Source: the human T2T-CHM13v2.0 reference genome, Homo sapiens
Length of the DNA stretch: 64,000 nt
Strand: one strand, 5' to 3'
Assembly (NCBI RefSeq): GCF_009914755.1
Contig: NC_060937.1
Shown piece after piece: positions 40,920-55,571 of this stretch. The notes beneath the pieces were generated by a model. That model had not been told where the DNA came from and made no database searches. It was given only the letters and a program-made list of their open reading frames with translations. The translations under genes and the position numbers were made by a program. Positions within the stretch are counted from its first letter, which is position 1, and each line of letters begins with the position of its first letter.

Positions 40920-41340
40920 TGTATTGGGTTGAATAGTGTGCCCCCAAATTCATGTCCACCCAGAACCTCAGACTGTGACCTTATTTGAAAAGAGAGCAGA
41001 TGTAGCTAGTTAAAATAAGGTGAGGACATAAGGGATTAGGGTGGGCCCTAAATCCAAAGGCTGCTGTCAATATGAGAAGGCCACGTGAACACACAGGGAA
41101 GAAGGCCTGTGGAGATGGGGACAGAGATTGGGGAGATGTGTCTACAGGCTAAGCGGTGCCAGCAACTGCCAGAAGTTGGGAGAGAAGCAAGAGACAAGTT
41201 ATCCCTAGAGCTTCCAGGGGAATGAACCCAGCCAACACCTTGGCTTTAGACTTCTGGCCTCCAGAACTGGGAGAGAATTGATGTTTGTTGTTTGAAGCCA
41301 CCTGGTTGTTGGTACTTTGTTACAGCAGCCCAGGAAACAC
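40920..41340 (+). mobile_element. MaLR LTR (MLT1B/C-like), followed by a GA-rich tract
   Basis: tgtattgggttgaatagtgtgcccccaaattcatgtccacccagaacctcag...gacttctggcctccagaactg...ctttgttacagcagccc. Confidence 0.88.
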
Positions 41341-42117
41341 AAAGGGGAGGGAAGGAAGAAAGAAGAAAGGAAGGGAAGGAGGGAGGGAGGGAGTGAGGGA
41401 AAGGAGGGAATGAGGGAAGAAGGGAGGGAGGGAATGTTTTTTGAAAGCCTATTATATGCCAGATACCACATATGATATTTTCACATATATTTTCTCATTT
41501 AATCCTCCAAATAACTCTGAAGATTAGATCTTGTTCAACCAATGAGAAAACTGTGACTATTTAGGTCATTTGTCCTCGGTCATTAAACTAGAAAGAGGCA
41601 GAGCTAATTTCTTTTTTTTTTTTCTTGTTTTTTTTTTTTTTTTTTTGTCCTGTACCTTGTCCCCTCTGGGCCTGGGGAGTGAGCAGATTAACAAGATAAA
41701 AAAAATCCAGTGCTAATACATCCACAGGAAAAACCATCCTGGGAGGACACGTACATTGTCAGTGGGACCATCCACACATGGTCCCCCTCCTATGACCCTG
41801 TCAATGGCATTTTCATGTCCAGGCAGATGGGAAAATATGCGATGGAGAGCAGATCGGGGAAGGGCCCTCAGCACACTGCAGAGCACCCCACGTCCATTTC
41901 CAGGTAAGCACGAGTGTAGGTGGCATAGGCGGATTCTCAATGTTGTTCCTCCTGACACCCAGAGATAATCATAGCAGACCATTCTAAAGGTATTGCAACA
42001 CCTGTAAAGCCAACATCGAAGCCAAACATGATGGCAGTGGTGCAGACGGTGCTGCTCATCATTTTTGTCTGTAAGAAGCCTAAGGCCACTCAAATGGAAA
42101 GGGTCATACCTGAGCCC

Positions 42118-43172
42118 TGTACTGGGTTAGAGTGCCCCTTAAAATTCATGTCTACCAGGAACTTGTGAATGTGACATTGTTTGGAAATTGGGTAATCAAG
42201 TTAAAATGATGTCATTTAGGATGGACCCTAAATCCAATATGCTTGATGTCCTAATGAGAAGATGGAAATTTAGACACAGAGACACAAATACAGGGAGAAG
42301 ACAGCCACGTGAAGACAGAAGCAGAGGCTGGAGTTATGCCGCCACTAGCCAAGGAAAGCCTGGGGCCACCCGAAGTTGGAAGAGGGAAAGAATTTTTCCT
42401 GAGAGCCTTCAGAGAGAGCACGGCCCTGCCAGCAACCTGATTTTGGACTTCTGGTCCCCTGAACCACAGAGAACGAATTTCTGTAGTTTTAAGCCACCCA
42501 GGTTGTGATACAGTCGGTCCTCATTATTTGAGGATTTCATATTCACAAATTTGGCTACTTATTTATCTGTAGGCCCGAAATCAATACTCACAGAGCTATC
42601 AAGGTCATTCACAGACACAGAATTTCCACCGGCCAACATGAATGCTTCTAGCCAAGGTAGAACAAGGCTGTGCTCTATGTTCTTATTTTAGTTTGAACTA
42701 TAACCAAGTGTCCTTCTTGCAGTCTATTTAGTGTCATCTTTTTCACATTTTTCTGCTTTTCTGTTGGTGATTTTGCTGTTTAGAATGACCCCCAAATGTA
42801 GGCTGAAGTGCCATCTAGTGTCCCTAAGCACAAGAAGACTGTCACATCCTTCCAGAGAACAGGCAGTGTTAGATTAGCCTCCTTCAGGCATGAGTTACAG
42901 TACAGTTGGCCAGCAGTTCAATGTGAATGAATCAACTATGTATATTAAATACGTATTTTTTTCACAGAAGCACACATGAAACAAAGTTATGCATTGATTG
43001 GTTGGCAAAAATCTTGTGACCAGAGACTTTCAGGAAACTAACCCTGTATTTCCCCTAGGAACAATGGTGCAGTATTCACTAATTCAGGATTGCAGCAGCT
43101 TTATAGACTATAACCAATGCAAATAATGAGAATCAACTGGGTTTTGTTACAGCAGCTCTAAGAAAGCAAAAC
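42118..43172 (+). mobile_element. MaLR LTR (MLT1B/C-like) split by a MER82-like element
   Basis: tgtactgggtt...aaaattcatgtctacc...tttaagccacccaggttgtgata [insert] ttttgttacagcagctctaagaaagcaaaaca. Confidence 0.82.
42511..43139 (-). mobile_element. MER82-like Tc/mariner (Tigger family) non-autonomous transposon
   Basis: Terminal inverted repeats cagtcggtcctcattatttg / caaataatgagaatcaactg; TA at the left junction. Confidence 0.8.
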
Positions 43173-43190
43173 AAGTTCTTTCATACTTAC

Positions 43191-43285
43191 CCAGAATGTT
43201 GCAGGCCTCTTGGATGAGCTTAATGGTGATGACGTCATCATACATTGTGTAGGTCATGAAGGCATCTTGTACTTCTGCAGAAGTT
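43191..43285 (-). CDS. GUCY1B2: Exon 3 (95 nt) (K)TSAEVQDAFMTYTMYDDVITIKLIQEACNIL
   Basis: ctccag|AACTTCT...CTGG|gtaagt; contains the H-NOX YDD motif; phase 2 in, phase 1 out. Confidence 0.93.
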
Positions 43286-46200
43286 CTGGAGGATAAATCG
43301 AGGTGCAGTGAATGCTCATCAGCTGGAGCTTTGCCCCAGGAATATATCCACTGACCCAGCAAGATATAATGTAACAATAATCTTCTTGATCATAAGGAAT
43401 GTGAGACACTGGAGTGTTTGGGTGTCAACTCCTCCAAGAAGCCTTCCCTGGACCTCAGTTTGAGCCCGGAGACCCCTTCTCAAGTACCCAGGATAGGCTA
43501 TGCATTTCCTCAACTTATATAAAGATTGTTGGTCTTACCCACTAGCTGGTCTCCTTGAGGATGAGCATTGTGACCTGTTTTTATCTTTGAACCCCCAGCA
43601 AGTGGCACTGTACTGAGCACATGTTCAGAACTTAATATATGGTAGTAAACTGGAACTCAATGGTCATAGAGTCTTGTTCTCTGAATGGTAGAGCAGCTGC
43701 TTGAGTTTCTCACTGTTTTGCAGTGTAGTTGGCTATGTTGCAGGAGTTATGGATGGACTTTAGTCTTCAACAGATAGCCAAGCCTGCTGAAAAGAGGCTT
43801 AGCCTGGGAGTCTGAGACTTGCACCCTTGGCTTGGCCCTTATGTGAGTCATCAAACTGTAGTTGGCAACTGAGTTAACAAATGGGGGAAGGAGGTTGGTC
43901 AGGGAATGCTTCTCTAAGAAAGGGAGATTTTGCTGAGACTGAAGGATGGAAAGGCAAAGAAGAGCCTTCTGGACAGAGAGAACAGGCTTCTAGGCAGCAG
44001 AGAACATGTTTGAAGAACAGAGAGGGGTCAGAGCATTCAAGCTTATCCAGAGCACACCATAGAATCTTGACACTGCGAGAAGTATGGAATTTTCTACATA
44101 TCCAATTTTCTAAATGTCCAATTTCTTACTGCACGCTATTTCTGACTGCTGGTTTTCCAGTTTCTTCTTGAATGCTTCCAGTGACAACAAGCTCATTCCT
44201 TTGCAAGGCAGCACATTCCACTTACCAACTGCTCTCTTTGATGGAAACGTCTTTCTTATGTTCAAATGAAACCCCCTTCTGGGCCCTCATAATACCTCCT
44301 ATTTATTAAGCATGTGCTTTTGGCCCAAGAGATGACCAATTTATTACTTATCATTCCTCGTACTGTTGAGAAGGCTGATGCTCAGAGGGATTAAATGTCT
44401 TGCTATGGTCACCGGTTGACAAGAGAAGGATCTGGGCTCTGAACTTCAAAGCCCACACCACTCCTGTACTGTGCTGCTGGGAATTTACTCACTGGCCTTA
44501 GTTCTACCCTTTAGGAAAATGCAGACTGGGCTGGTCCCTCCTCTGGATACCTAACCTTCTAATGTTTGAGGATCCTTATTCATCACTAAATTTAACTATC
44601 TCTTTATCATCTTTCTGGACTTCATCTTCCTCTCTGTAAAATGTGGCAATTATTATTACCTGCCCTTCCTATCTGCCAGGAGTGTTGGTAAGGATAAAAC
44701 AGGATAACAAATCTGAAAGAGCTTGGGGAAAATGAGAACCACCATGCAGATCCTAGGAGAGCTGTGATGACAATGAGAACAAAGGGGCTGCGTAGTGAGT
44801 AGGAGGTGACCAGGGCTGGGGTTTAGGAGACTTTGGTTCCAAGCTTATACCTTACACAAATAAGCTCTGAGGGAAAACCACTTTCCCCCTCTGGGCCTTG
44901 ATTTCTTTATCCGTAAAATAGAGGAGGTACTGGGCAAGATTTGTGTTTCTCCATCTTTTTTAACCTCTCTGCTACACACACATCCACTGGGGATTCTCAG
45001 ACAGCCCCAGAAACGCTTGTGCACGCAGTTGAGGATCTAGGACTCTAGCTTCTAGGACTAGAAGCTGCTTGAATTCTCCTTCACCTGTAAGAGTTCCTGT
45101 TTTGGCCCATGCCTATACAGTGCTTTCTAAGCATCTTCGGAGGCAGCTGTTCAGAGAAACCGGCTGTAGGCCTGCTCGGGCGAGGAGTGCTGTACACCAC
45201 CACTGCTGCCTAAGTGGGGCACTCTCCACCATGTTGGAGTTGCCTCTTACTCGCCCCCAGGGGCCCACAAGTCTCTGTGAAAACATGTGCCCTCCTTCTG
45301 CACCTATAAGCAAAACAGAAACACGTGGACGTGACCCCAGTTTAAACTTGACACATTGTCATAATGTGTTCTGAAGACCTTAGAAAGGGTTAAGTGACCT
45401 CCAGGACCGTCAGAAATGTAACAAACTCTGTGGCGCTCCCTGGCCCTCTGATGGGACCACCCATTCACCAATCTCTGGATCTGGCAGCCTGTTCTTTCCT
45501 GTAGGCTGAACTGATCATATTTTAGTGTCAAATATTTATTTGGGTTTGTATATATGTTGCACGTTGCTGGGATGCCAGACGTGCCCAGACTGTTATGATT
45601 ATACAGGGATTTTCAGCCTTGTTTATTGATCTCCACGATCCTGCATATAACATTTCCCACAGAGCCAGTGCACACTTGCATATGTAGTCATTCAAGCTGC
45701 TTTAGTAAAACAGTATGTTCACCAAGAATTTTTTTTAAATAAATAAACCAATTGATATCTTCCAATGAGATGACAGAGCCTCTCATATGCAGAGGAGAAA
45801 GAGAGAAAAATGACTATTGGAAAGCATTTTGAAGAGATCGAGTTGGAGATGCAAGAAATGTGGGAAATGAAGTAAGAGTTAGATGTTTCCAGCTCACACA
45901 AAGAGGAGTACCTGTCATGGAACATGAAAAGTGTCAGCCACATAGGTGCTTGTATGCATCCATGTGCAGGAGACTGAGGAATCAGTGTTTAATTGGCACC
46001 AGCAGGCATTCAATATATGTTCCTCTTTAGTTAGTTCCAACTAGCGATACCCAAAATATCTGAGCAGAAAATCAGGGCCAGGCTGCCTATAGCAGAGCAA
46101 CTCACAGGGCAAAATAAATACACAGATTCCTGAGCCCCAGGAGGTAGTGTCTGAAAATCCATATATTTTTAACCACTCGCCTCAGACGACTGTCCAGGTT

Positions 46201-46699
46201 TGAAAACCACTGCACAGAAACACTTTTTAGGATTCAGTCTGGCAAGGCAACAGGTTACAAATGATACATTTTACGTGGTTCAACCTTACTAAACTGATGT
46301 AATGGTTATTCAGAGTCCAGGGTGAGCCATAAAGCCCATAGGAAAAATGAACAGCACTTTGTAGCAAGATTCAGGCCAAGAGAATGGGATCAATTTAAGC
46401 CATAGGAACTCATTTTTTCAACAGCTCTCTTAATGGTAGGTGGGGAATTCATATAACAAACTTGCCTGTCACTGTGTGACTCAAGGTGTACTTGGGGAAA
46501 GAGAGGCCCAGAGAGGCAAAAGATTTGTCCTGGTGTCACAACCATCTGGAATTTAGAAAAAGCACCAGACTGTCTTTCTAGCCTGTCCTCCAGCTAGCCT
46601 GTCTGGCTCCCCACAGCTTTCCTAATAAAATCTAGACTTCTTAGGTGGACATACCCAGCCTCCACGACCCAGCCTCTGCACCCACTCCTCACCTCCAGC

Positions 46700-47070
46700 C
46701 ATTTATCCCATACATCCATTCCTCCAGCTACTCAAACTCCTCTCTTCCCTGCCTTCCCACAGGCTCTGCTCCACTAGAAAAGCTCTCACTTTCCCTGATC
46801 TGGCTAACTTGATTCTTCCTTCCCAACTCAGTGTCAGAATCCCGATTCTGGACATTCTCAGCCACTTGCAGATCCGGGCGTCCCTGCTCTGAGCCCCCCG
46901 TGCTCTCTGTATCACCTGTCTTCGTGCTAACTGCGAGTGGAATTGATTTGCCCATCTGCATGCTTCCTAGACTACCAAGTTGAAGGATCATGACAATGTC
47001 ATTTGATTTAATATCTTCAATACCTAGCCCTGTACCTGGCACACAACAAGTACTCAATAAATAATTGTAA
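46700..47070. mobile_element. L2 3' remnant
   Basis: cctagccctgtacctggcacacaacaagtactcaataaataattg. Confidence 0.55.
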
Positions 47071-47349
47071 GATAATTTCGGTGAGAGACCTAACTTGACA
47101 GAGGCTCACAGACTCTGTGTGTCAGGAGGAGACCTAGGAGTTAACCCTGGCTCTACCACCATCTAGCTGGATGACTTGGAGCAAATCTCACTGTGCCTCC
47201 ATTTCTTCATTTTTACAAAGATAGTATTCAACTAGGTCATTGTCATGAAGACTGTCATGTCTGGTCCTCCCCTTCTCTCCCTCAGCCACCAATGATGTCT
47301 CCTTCCTTGACCTCTGATTCACTTAGAAGGATGCTTAAGGCATTTAAGC

Positions 47350-48768
47350 CAGCAGTTCTCAAAGTATGACCCATGGAACCCCTGCGAATACCTAAGGTGT
47401 TTTTAGGAATCCATGAGGCCAAACTATTTTCAAAACCAAATTAAGACATTATTTGCCTTTTGTACTGATTCATATTTGCACTAATGGCACATAAGCATTG
47501 GTGAGTAAAATTTGGTGCCTTATAGCATGAATCAAGACAGTGGCACAAAACTATTATATTCTTTTTTTAAATCTTCAGTATATTATTTATAGTCATCATA
47601 TCCCTCATTGTCACATATGTGCAGTAAAAAAAAATGCCAGTTTTACTTTAGGTTGTTCATTTTGAGGTAGTAAAAATTACTAATGTTATGAAATCTTGAC
47701 CCTGAGTATACATCTTTTGAATATTTTGTGTAACAGAATGGGAAGTACGCACTCAAATAAAGTACTTCTCCTATATGCAGGAGTGTGAATGGTCACTTCC
47801 AGGAAAAGTACTTACACGATTGAGTTATGAGATGAATTAGCCACTTTTTTTAATGGAACATCATTTCCACTTAAAAAACCACTGACAGACGAACTATGGT
47901 TACTCAGACTTGGATATTTGGCACACATTCTCTTAAGAAAATAACAAAGTTAGCCTGTCACTTCAAGGAAAATAACTGGCAGAATGTGTTGCCAATGACA
48001 AAACTCAAGTTTGGGGAAAAAAGTTGCATCTTATACTGTAAGCTTATTAGCATCCCAATCCTTAGAGGCTAAGGTGATGATGATATTGACAAATGCAATT
48101 TTGATATTGTATAGTGAAACATGTCAACATTTGTAAGATTAGCACAAGTCAGTGAGCTAATAGTTTCCAAATAACTCATGCAAGCTAGTACAAAATGATG
48201 CGAAAAAATTTCTATCCAAGTGTAACACAGATCAAGAGATTTTAATATAACAGAGTACGAAGAAGGTCATCAGTACAGTTACAGATTCAACATTATAACT
48301 GACCTTTGAGAAAATACGATTTGTCAAGCTTTTGTGAGGTTTAAAAGAATAGCCACAATTATCTGAGAAGAGTATTAAATTCTTCTTCCTTCCATATTTT
48401 CTTCACAAGTTTCAACCAAAATCATATCACAGAATACATACATTGCGGAAGATGGAATCCCACTTCCATTACTTCCATTAAGTCAGATATTAAAAGAGAT
48501 TTCCAGAACTGTAAAGTAATGCCATCTTGTCATTAATTTATTTGAATAATATAGTTATCATAAAAATGTTACACTAACATGTACTATTATGTATTACAGC
48601 ATAATTATATAACATATAATTATTTTAGATAAATTTAAAAATGTTTTTTTAATTTGTTTTAATTTCTAATACCATAAATACCCATAGATTAAACAAAAGC
48701 TCTGTGGGGTCTTCAATAATTTATGAGAGTATAAAGGCTTCTGAATACCAAAGTGTTTAAGAACTTCT
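47350..48768. mobile_element. Charlie1-like hAT DNA transposon relic
   Basis: cagcagttctcaaagtatgaccc...actgacagacgaactatggttactcagacttggatatttggc...cctgtcacttcaaggaaaataactg...aagtgtttaagaacttctg. Confidence 0.8.
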
Positions 48769-49591
48769 GATTTAAATCAAGAGTGCTTCAGGTTTGCTTT
48801 GGAAGCTAATGAAGCTGAGGTTTCCAGGACAGGGAGGAAGCAGCCTCACCTGGCCCCCTCTAGCTTGAAGCCATCCCCAGCCTGAGGGGTCACCTTATAT
48901 GCCCTGGTAGTGGTCCTGGATGCCTGTGGGTGGGGCTGCAGACCACCCAGTCCTCAGGACCACTTGCTTCTGGTAGACTCAACACACATCCAGACTCTAC
49001 TCTAACCCCCAAAAAGGCATCTGAAAGAGAGGCTGCGCATTCCCAGTGGGGACCGCCTGGTCCAAGAGGACTTGCGTAAAAGTAGGGGAGATGGGTGGAA
49101 CAGGTCGAGGGAGATCAAACGCTGGAGTTTTCCCAGGACTTGCCAACATGAAAGAAGCACACTTCAGCAAGAAACTGCTGAGAAAGTTATGGATGTGCAT
49201 AAAGAAATTTGTCTAAGCTAACAATGAAAACAAAATACAATAAATACAATTTTCAGCCAGCCATGCTAGAATATTCATTCTATCCTCTTTATAGAAAATG
49301 ACATTATAAAATCATTGTCCAATGAACAGAAAAAGCAAAATACAGCCAAAGATGCAGGAAAGTATTATAAAAGAGGGTTAGTTAATTTATGATACTAACA
49401 ATAAAAACATGTTTCCAGCTTTTGATGTTTATGTTATCTGTCAGCTTTAAAGTTTTCTTCCTTAATTCTAAGAAGAGTACTTATTTTTGTAGCTAAATTT
49501 TTATTGGTAATTATATTCTTTTTAAAGGAGGCTTCCCAAATTATATAAGCTTCAGGCCTCGTGATATCTGTTTCTACTCCTACTAAGTTTA

Positions 49592-49907
<316 letters not shown>

Positions 49908-50414
49908 TTTATCTTCCATATAGTCATACTAAACAAAAGTATTTCTCAAGCTTTACCTTTGACAGCTTTTGTTAGAAAAAAATACTTCTGCTTTGTATAT
50001 TTAATATTATAATATTCACTATATTTTTAGAATTTCCCACAGATATTCTCATATGATCTTTTGGAGGCTGAGTCCTCCAGGTGAAATGCTCTGACCAGAT
50101 TGATTTCTAAGGGCCCTTCTGGCTCTGAGGGGCTGTGGTTTCAGGCAGCTAGATGAACCAGCAAAAATGTTTGTGGCCAGGAAAGGGACAGAAGTGGGGA
50201 GACAAGCAACATTTTTGGATCAAAGTTAAAAATAAAAACTCTCTGCTTTCAGCTACTTTTAAACTAGACTTTATTTATGGGAAAAGTAGATAACATGGAG
50301 GGCCAGGGGTTTTCAGTCTTGAAGAGAGGGTGAGAAATTTGGTGAGTCAATTGGATGGACGAGGGATAGCAGAAAAGGGAATGAATGAATTCTGACTTTT
50401 TCTGGCTCAATTAG

Positions 50415-50816
<402 letters not shown>

Positions 50817-51380
50817 TAATCAGGGTTCCTTGATTTTTTTAGATTGTAGAGTTCTTAGAGATTCTGATGAAAACTATGAACCCTCTCCCCAGAAAATACA
50901 TATAGTCACATGTACACGACATTTTAATAGATGACTTCGGAGGGTTCTCAGACCTTCTCAAGCCTATCCATGAACCTTTGGTTAAGAACCCATGACATAG
51001 AGAGAAGCCATGTAATCCCACCCACCTCTCTCCTAAATGGGTTGGTTGGGCTTGGTAGTCATCCATCCACCTCTCATTCATTTATTCATCTTCCATTCAT
51101 ACACACATGAATCATCCAATCATTCATTCCGTTTTCATGTATTTATTTATACAATGGAGAATATACGTCAGTCCTGATGGCTCTACCCATTACCTCTTCT
51201 TAGAGACCCCACCCTCCAAAGTCCATCTGAATGGGATACATATGGACTCCAGACCAAAGACCATCAAACCCTCTTTCTCAGGCATCTGCAATTGAGGCAC
51301 TGAGAAACTGAGCCAGTCTGATGATGGTGATCTCTTGAATCCAAAGGGCATATAGAAAAGCTTGGAAGAAACAGAAATTA

Positions 51381-51659
51381 AGTCCAATCATGGTGGCATA
51401 TACCTGTAATCCCAGCACTTTGAGAGGCTGAGGCAAGAGGATCACTTAAAGTCAGGAGTTTGAGACCAGCCTGGGCAACAAAGCAAAAGCCTGTCTCACC
51501 AAAAAATAAAATAAGATAACCAGGCACAGTGCCATGTGCCTCTTATCCTAGCTACTCAGGAGGCTGAGGCAGGAGGATCACTTGAGCCCAGGATTTGAGG
51601 CTGCACTGACCTATGAACATGCCACTGCACTCCAGCCTGGGTGACAGAAAAAAAAAAAA
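51381..51659 (+). mobile_element. AluJ-like
   Basis: cctgtaatcccagcactttgagaggctgaggcaagaggatcactt...gcactccagcctgggtgacag, poly-A; aacagaaat on both flanks. Confidence 0.9.
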
Positions 51660-52621
51660 GGAACAGAAATCAAAAGACTTTCAGAGAGAAGAGATAACCA
51701 GGAAAATAGAGTAAACGTGAAGGGAGATGCAGAGTTGGAAACAGACCTGCTGACTTTCTGTTTCCTCTGAGATTTATCTGTACTTCCTGCAATTGAGTTC
51801 TGTTAGAGTCTTCTGAATCTTTATAGTAACTCCTTTAAACATTAGCTTACATAGTGGATTGCTGATCCTTGGAAGTAAAATCCTGGACTAAGTTCTGCAA
51901 ACAAAGTGCCAAGGGGATGTTAGCCACCTCACCTATGCTCACAAGTGGATGAGGTGAGCACCATGATTATCTCCATTCACAAGTGACCACACCAAAGCTC
52001 AGAAACTTCAGTAACCCATTGTCATTAGAAGAAAAGTTCAGCTCCTTCTCATCTTCTACACATTTATATGTCCTGATCCCTAAAACCCTCTCCACCTTCA
52101 TCTCCTATCAGACTCCTCACATATGATATTCCAAGCATGTTAGATTTTTTTCTTCACTGAGTTCAGTCTGACCTCAGGACCTTTGCACTTGCCATTTTCT
52201 CTGGAACACATATAACTTCTCTGTCTTGAGGCTGACTCCTTCCTTCCTTTCAGTTCAAACATTACCTTTGCCAAGAGGTTTTCTCTAACCAGCTCAGGGC
52301 AACTGGCATCTTCTCTGCCCAGTCACCACTAAATACTCTAAATTTAGCTCTTTGCACAACCTGAGATTTATTTGTTTATTTGCCTGTTTACTGTCCTCCC
52401 CATTGGAATACATTCCCAGGGAACACAGCACTTGCCTATTCCCTTTGCCTCTATTCCCAGTGCCTGAAACTTTGTTCAGCACATTCTAGAAGCTAAATAC
52501 TTGTTGAATAAATACATTTGCCCAAGTCAAACAGCAAGTAAGTGATCCAGGCAAAATGTAAAGGTTTATCTGATTCCAAAGGCCTTACTCTTCCTAATCC
52601 ATTAGTTCCTTCTCATTGTTA

Positions 52622-52978
<357 letters not shown>

Positions 52979-54404
52979 GAGTGATTTATAATTAGAAATC
53001 TACAAATCTAGACTATAAGAGAGGAAAATACTGCAAGCAAAGGAGGAGAAACATCTGTTTCCTATTTCATGTTAAGATAAAATTTATGTCATAAGGTCTG
53101 GAAACATGCTTCATTTTACCTAATCATTTCTTCTTAAAATTTCTGTAGGAATTGATGGGTTTTTTCTTTCTCAGCTGAAATTCTACTCTAAAAGCATTAG
53201 GGAATTTGTTATTTAAATGTGGCCTAAGCAAATCCTTTTGCACAGCCAATAATCTCACCTTAATTTCTCCTTTAAAAGCTGAGTTTTCTGCACTAGTTTT
53301 TTTTTCTTTTTTCTTTTTAGTAAATTCTAATATGATGCAATTTTCATAGCTGGTGGACTTCTTAGATTGGCTTTATTTTTGGCTTAAAGATGCATTTCCA
53401 ATGCAATCGTATAGATGTCTAGTGCTCTGTATACAAACATCCTGAGACCCAGTTAAGCAGATAATTGAAGCTTCAAGATGAAAGAGATAAAACCTAATGA
53501 CACAAGCGCAGGATGTACCCTGCTGGGTTCTCTATTCCCAGACATATTTCTCTGGTTCCCTTGCATTCTTGTACCCTCATTCAAATGTCCTTTATCCCCC
53601 TGGAGGTCATGTGGATTCCTGTTTGTTTGGGAATGCTATGAGAACTGCTCTTCTAAAGGAAGAAAGAGATGACATTCCAGCCTTTCAGAGAGGTCGCACC
53701 AAGGATCCAAAAAGGAAAAAGTCTCTTCCATCCACTTACACATGGAAAGCTGGAGATTTTTTCCCCCTTGATTTGGAAAGATATGCTGAATATCTCAACC
53801 AATGAAGGTTCCAGCAGCTGGCCATGCTATCTGTGTTCAGTCATACCCGGAGGGTGAGAGTCCCTCCTTAAACAACACATCTCAGCTGCCTGTCGTAGGC
53901 AGAGCTGAACATGTCATTTTACCTCTGCTCATGTCTAAGTGCTCTGGCTATTTCTGGCTATTTTCAATGATTTCCAGAGCCCTGGCCTTTCTCCTAGGCA
54001 GGACAGGTTCTTCTAAGCAGCAGCTGAGCTGAGGCTAAATGTCCTAACCAGGAAATCACATGGTAGAAAATTCGTAAGTCAAAAATCAATCAACAAAAAT
54101 CCATCTCTCCCCTTCACGGCCTGGTCCCTAGCATTTATGAGGGTTCCTCAAGGCAGGGCTAGACAGTGGCCCACACTAGGCGTCAGGGAGATCAGACTGA
54201 AATGAGGAGTGGAGATAAAGCCATTCAGCAAATCACACTAACTTTAGGAGGCAAGGTCTCCTCTGGGCAAAGAGAAAGCCTTTGAGGAATATCTGCTTCT
54301 TCAAGATGGAAAGCATCATTATCTGACCAGCAGCAAAGTGGTTCTAATAATGTCAAGTATAATGTAATCTTAATGTAGCACCTATATCTCAGAGAGGAGG
54401 AAGG

Positions 54405-54900
54405 ATGCTTACTGAGTTTCTACTAGGCACTTCTGTGTAGATTGCACCACTCAATTCTCTCCTTAACCCTAGAAGATAGGTACATTATTCCCCCTTTATC
54501 AATGAGGAAACAGAGCTTCAGAGAGGTGAAGCAACCCGCTCAAGATCACACAGCTCTGAGCAGCAGAGCCCAGATGCAAATCCAGTCCAGTGGGACGCAC
54601 GCCACTGCCCCCCACCTCTCCCCCAACCCACGTGAGGACGAGCATCTTGAAAATAAGCCAATACCAAGCACTGAAGCAGCCATTATGCAACAGCAGCTTG
54701 CATTTGTTGAGTGCTCATCCTGGGCCACTCATTTTTTCTAAGTGCCTGGTTTGTATCATCAATCTCAGTTAACACTTGCAATAACCCCATGAGGTTAGCT
54801 GCTTTTATTATTTTTCTTTTCAGATGAAATACCTGAGTCGCAGAGTGGTTAAGTGCCATGCCAGGGTCATACAGACTGTAGGCCTTGCTTCTGGGCTTTG
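54405..54900. mobile_element. Two MIR remnants
   Basis: aatgaggaaacagagcttcagagaggtgaagcaacccgctcaagatcacacagct and cagatgaaatacctgagtcgcagagtggttaagtg. Confidence 0.6.
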
Positions 54901-55408
54901 AGTTCAGCATTGTAGCCCCAGAGCCCCCGCTGAATCCAACGACTGCTTCCTAAGGACTTGCAACAATGCCGTGTTTCTGAGAATATGAGTATCCTATTTC
55001 CCAAGTTGGTTCCCCACCCCACCATGCAGTGTCCACCCAACAGCTTGGCTGAGCCTGCCATCTCTCCTTCCTCCTCCTAAGACGCCTTGCCCTCTGCATA
55101 GGAGCAGCTGATCCTCTGGAAGGCCCAGGTGTGCATGGCTGGAGCTGACCTGCCCCTGTCAAGTTTGTAGCAGAGGAAACGATCCCAGTTTCCCATCTGA
55201 CATGGCCCTTCAGCACCCTAGTTCCTGTGTTCCAGGCATACCTGTAATGTTTCCACAGATTCTAAAGCCATCCAGGCCAAAAGGCTTATTTGCTTCTTCA
55301 ATCCTCCAGTGTTTTTCGTAGTACCAGGCCTACTATGGGAGCTCAGTAAACACATGTTTAAAGACACACCTCTCTTATTTCACCCAGAGCCCCTGAAAAT
55401 GAATTCCC

Positions 55409-55571
55409 ACGTGGTGGCGGGTGCCTATAGTCCCAGCTGCTGGGGAGGCTGAGGCAGAACAATCATTTGAACCTGGGAGGCGGAGGTTGCAGTGAGCCGA
55501 GATCACGCTACTGCACTCCAGCCTGGGTGACAGAGTGAGACTCCGTCTCACCAAAAAAGAAAAAAAAAAAA
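55409..55571 (+). mobile_element. 5'-truncated Alu (right monomer) with 14-bp TSD gaaaatgaattccc
   Basis: TSD at 55395-55408 and 55572-55585 encloses gtggtggcgggtgcctatagtcccagc...gagactccgtctc plus poly-A. Confidence 0.93.

Noticed and set aside
41920-42060. Minus-strand frame MMSSTVCTTAIMFGFDVGFTGVAIP resembling sugar-transporter TM1
   Set aside because: Only a short motif-level resemblance, followed by stops; no further similarity visible.
43191-43274. Cryptic acceptor 11 nt inside exon 3 (ttctgcag|AAGTAC), giving an 84-nt exon that would also re-phase exon 4
   Set aside because: The shifted frame hits TGA within exon 3 (…AAT GTA TGA), so it does not rescue the ORF.
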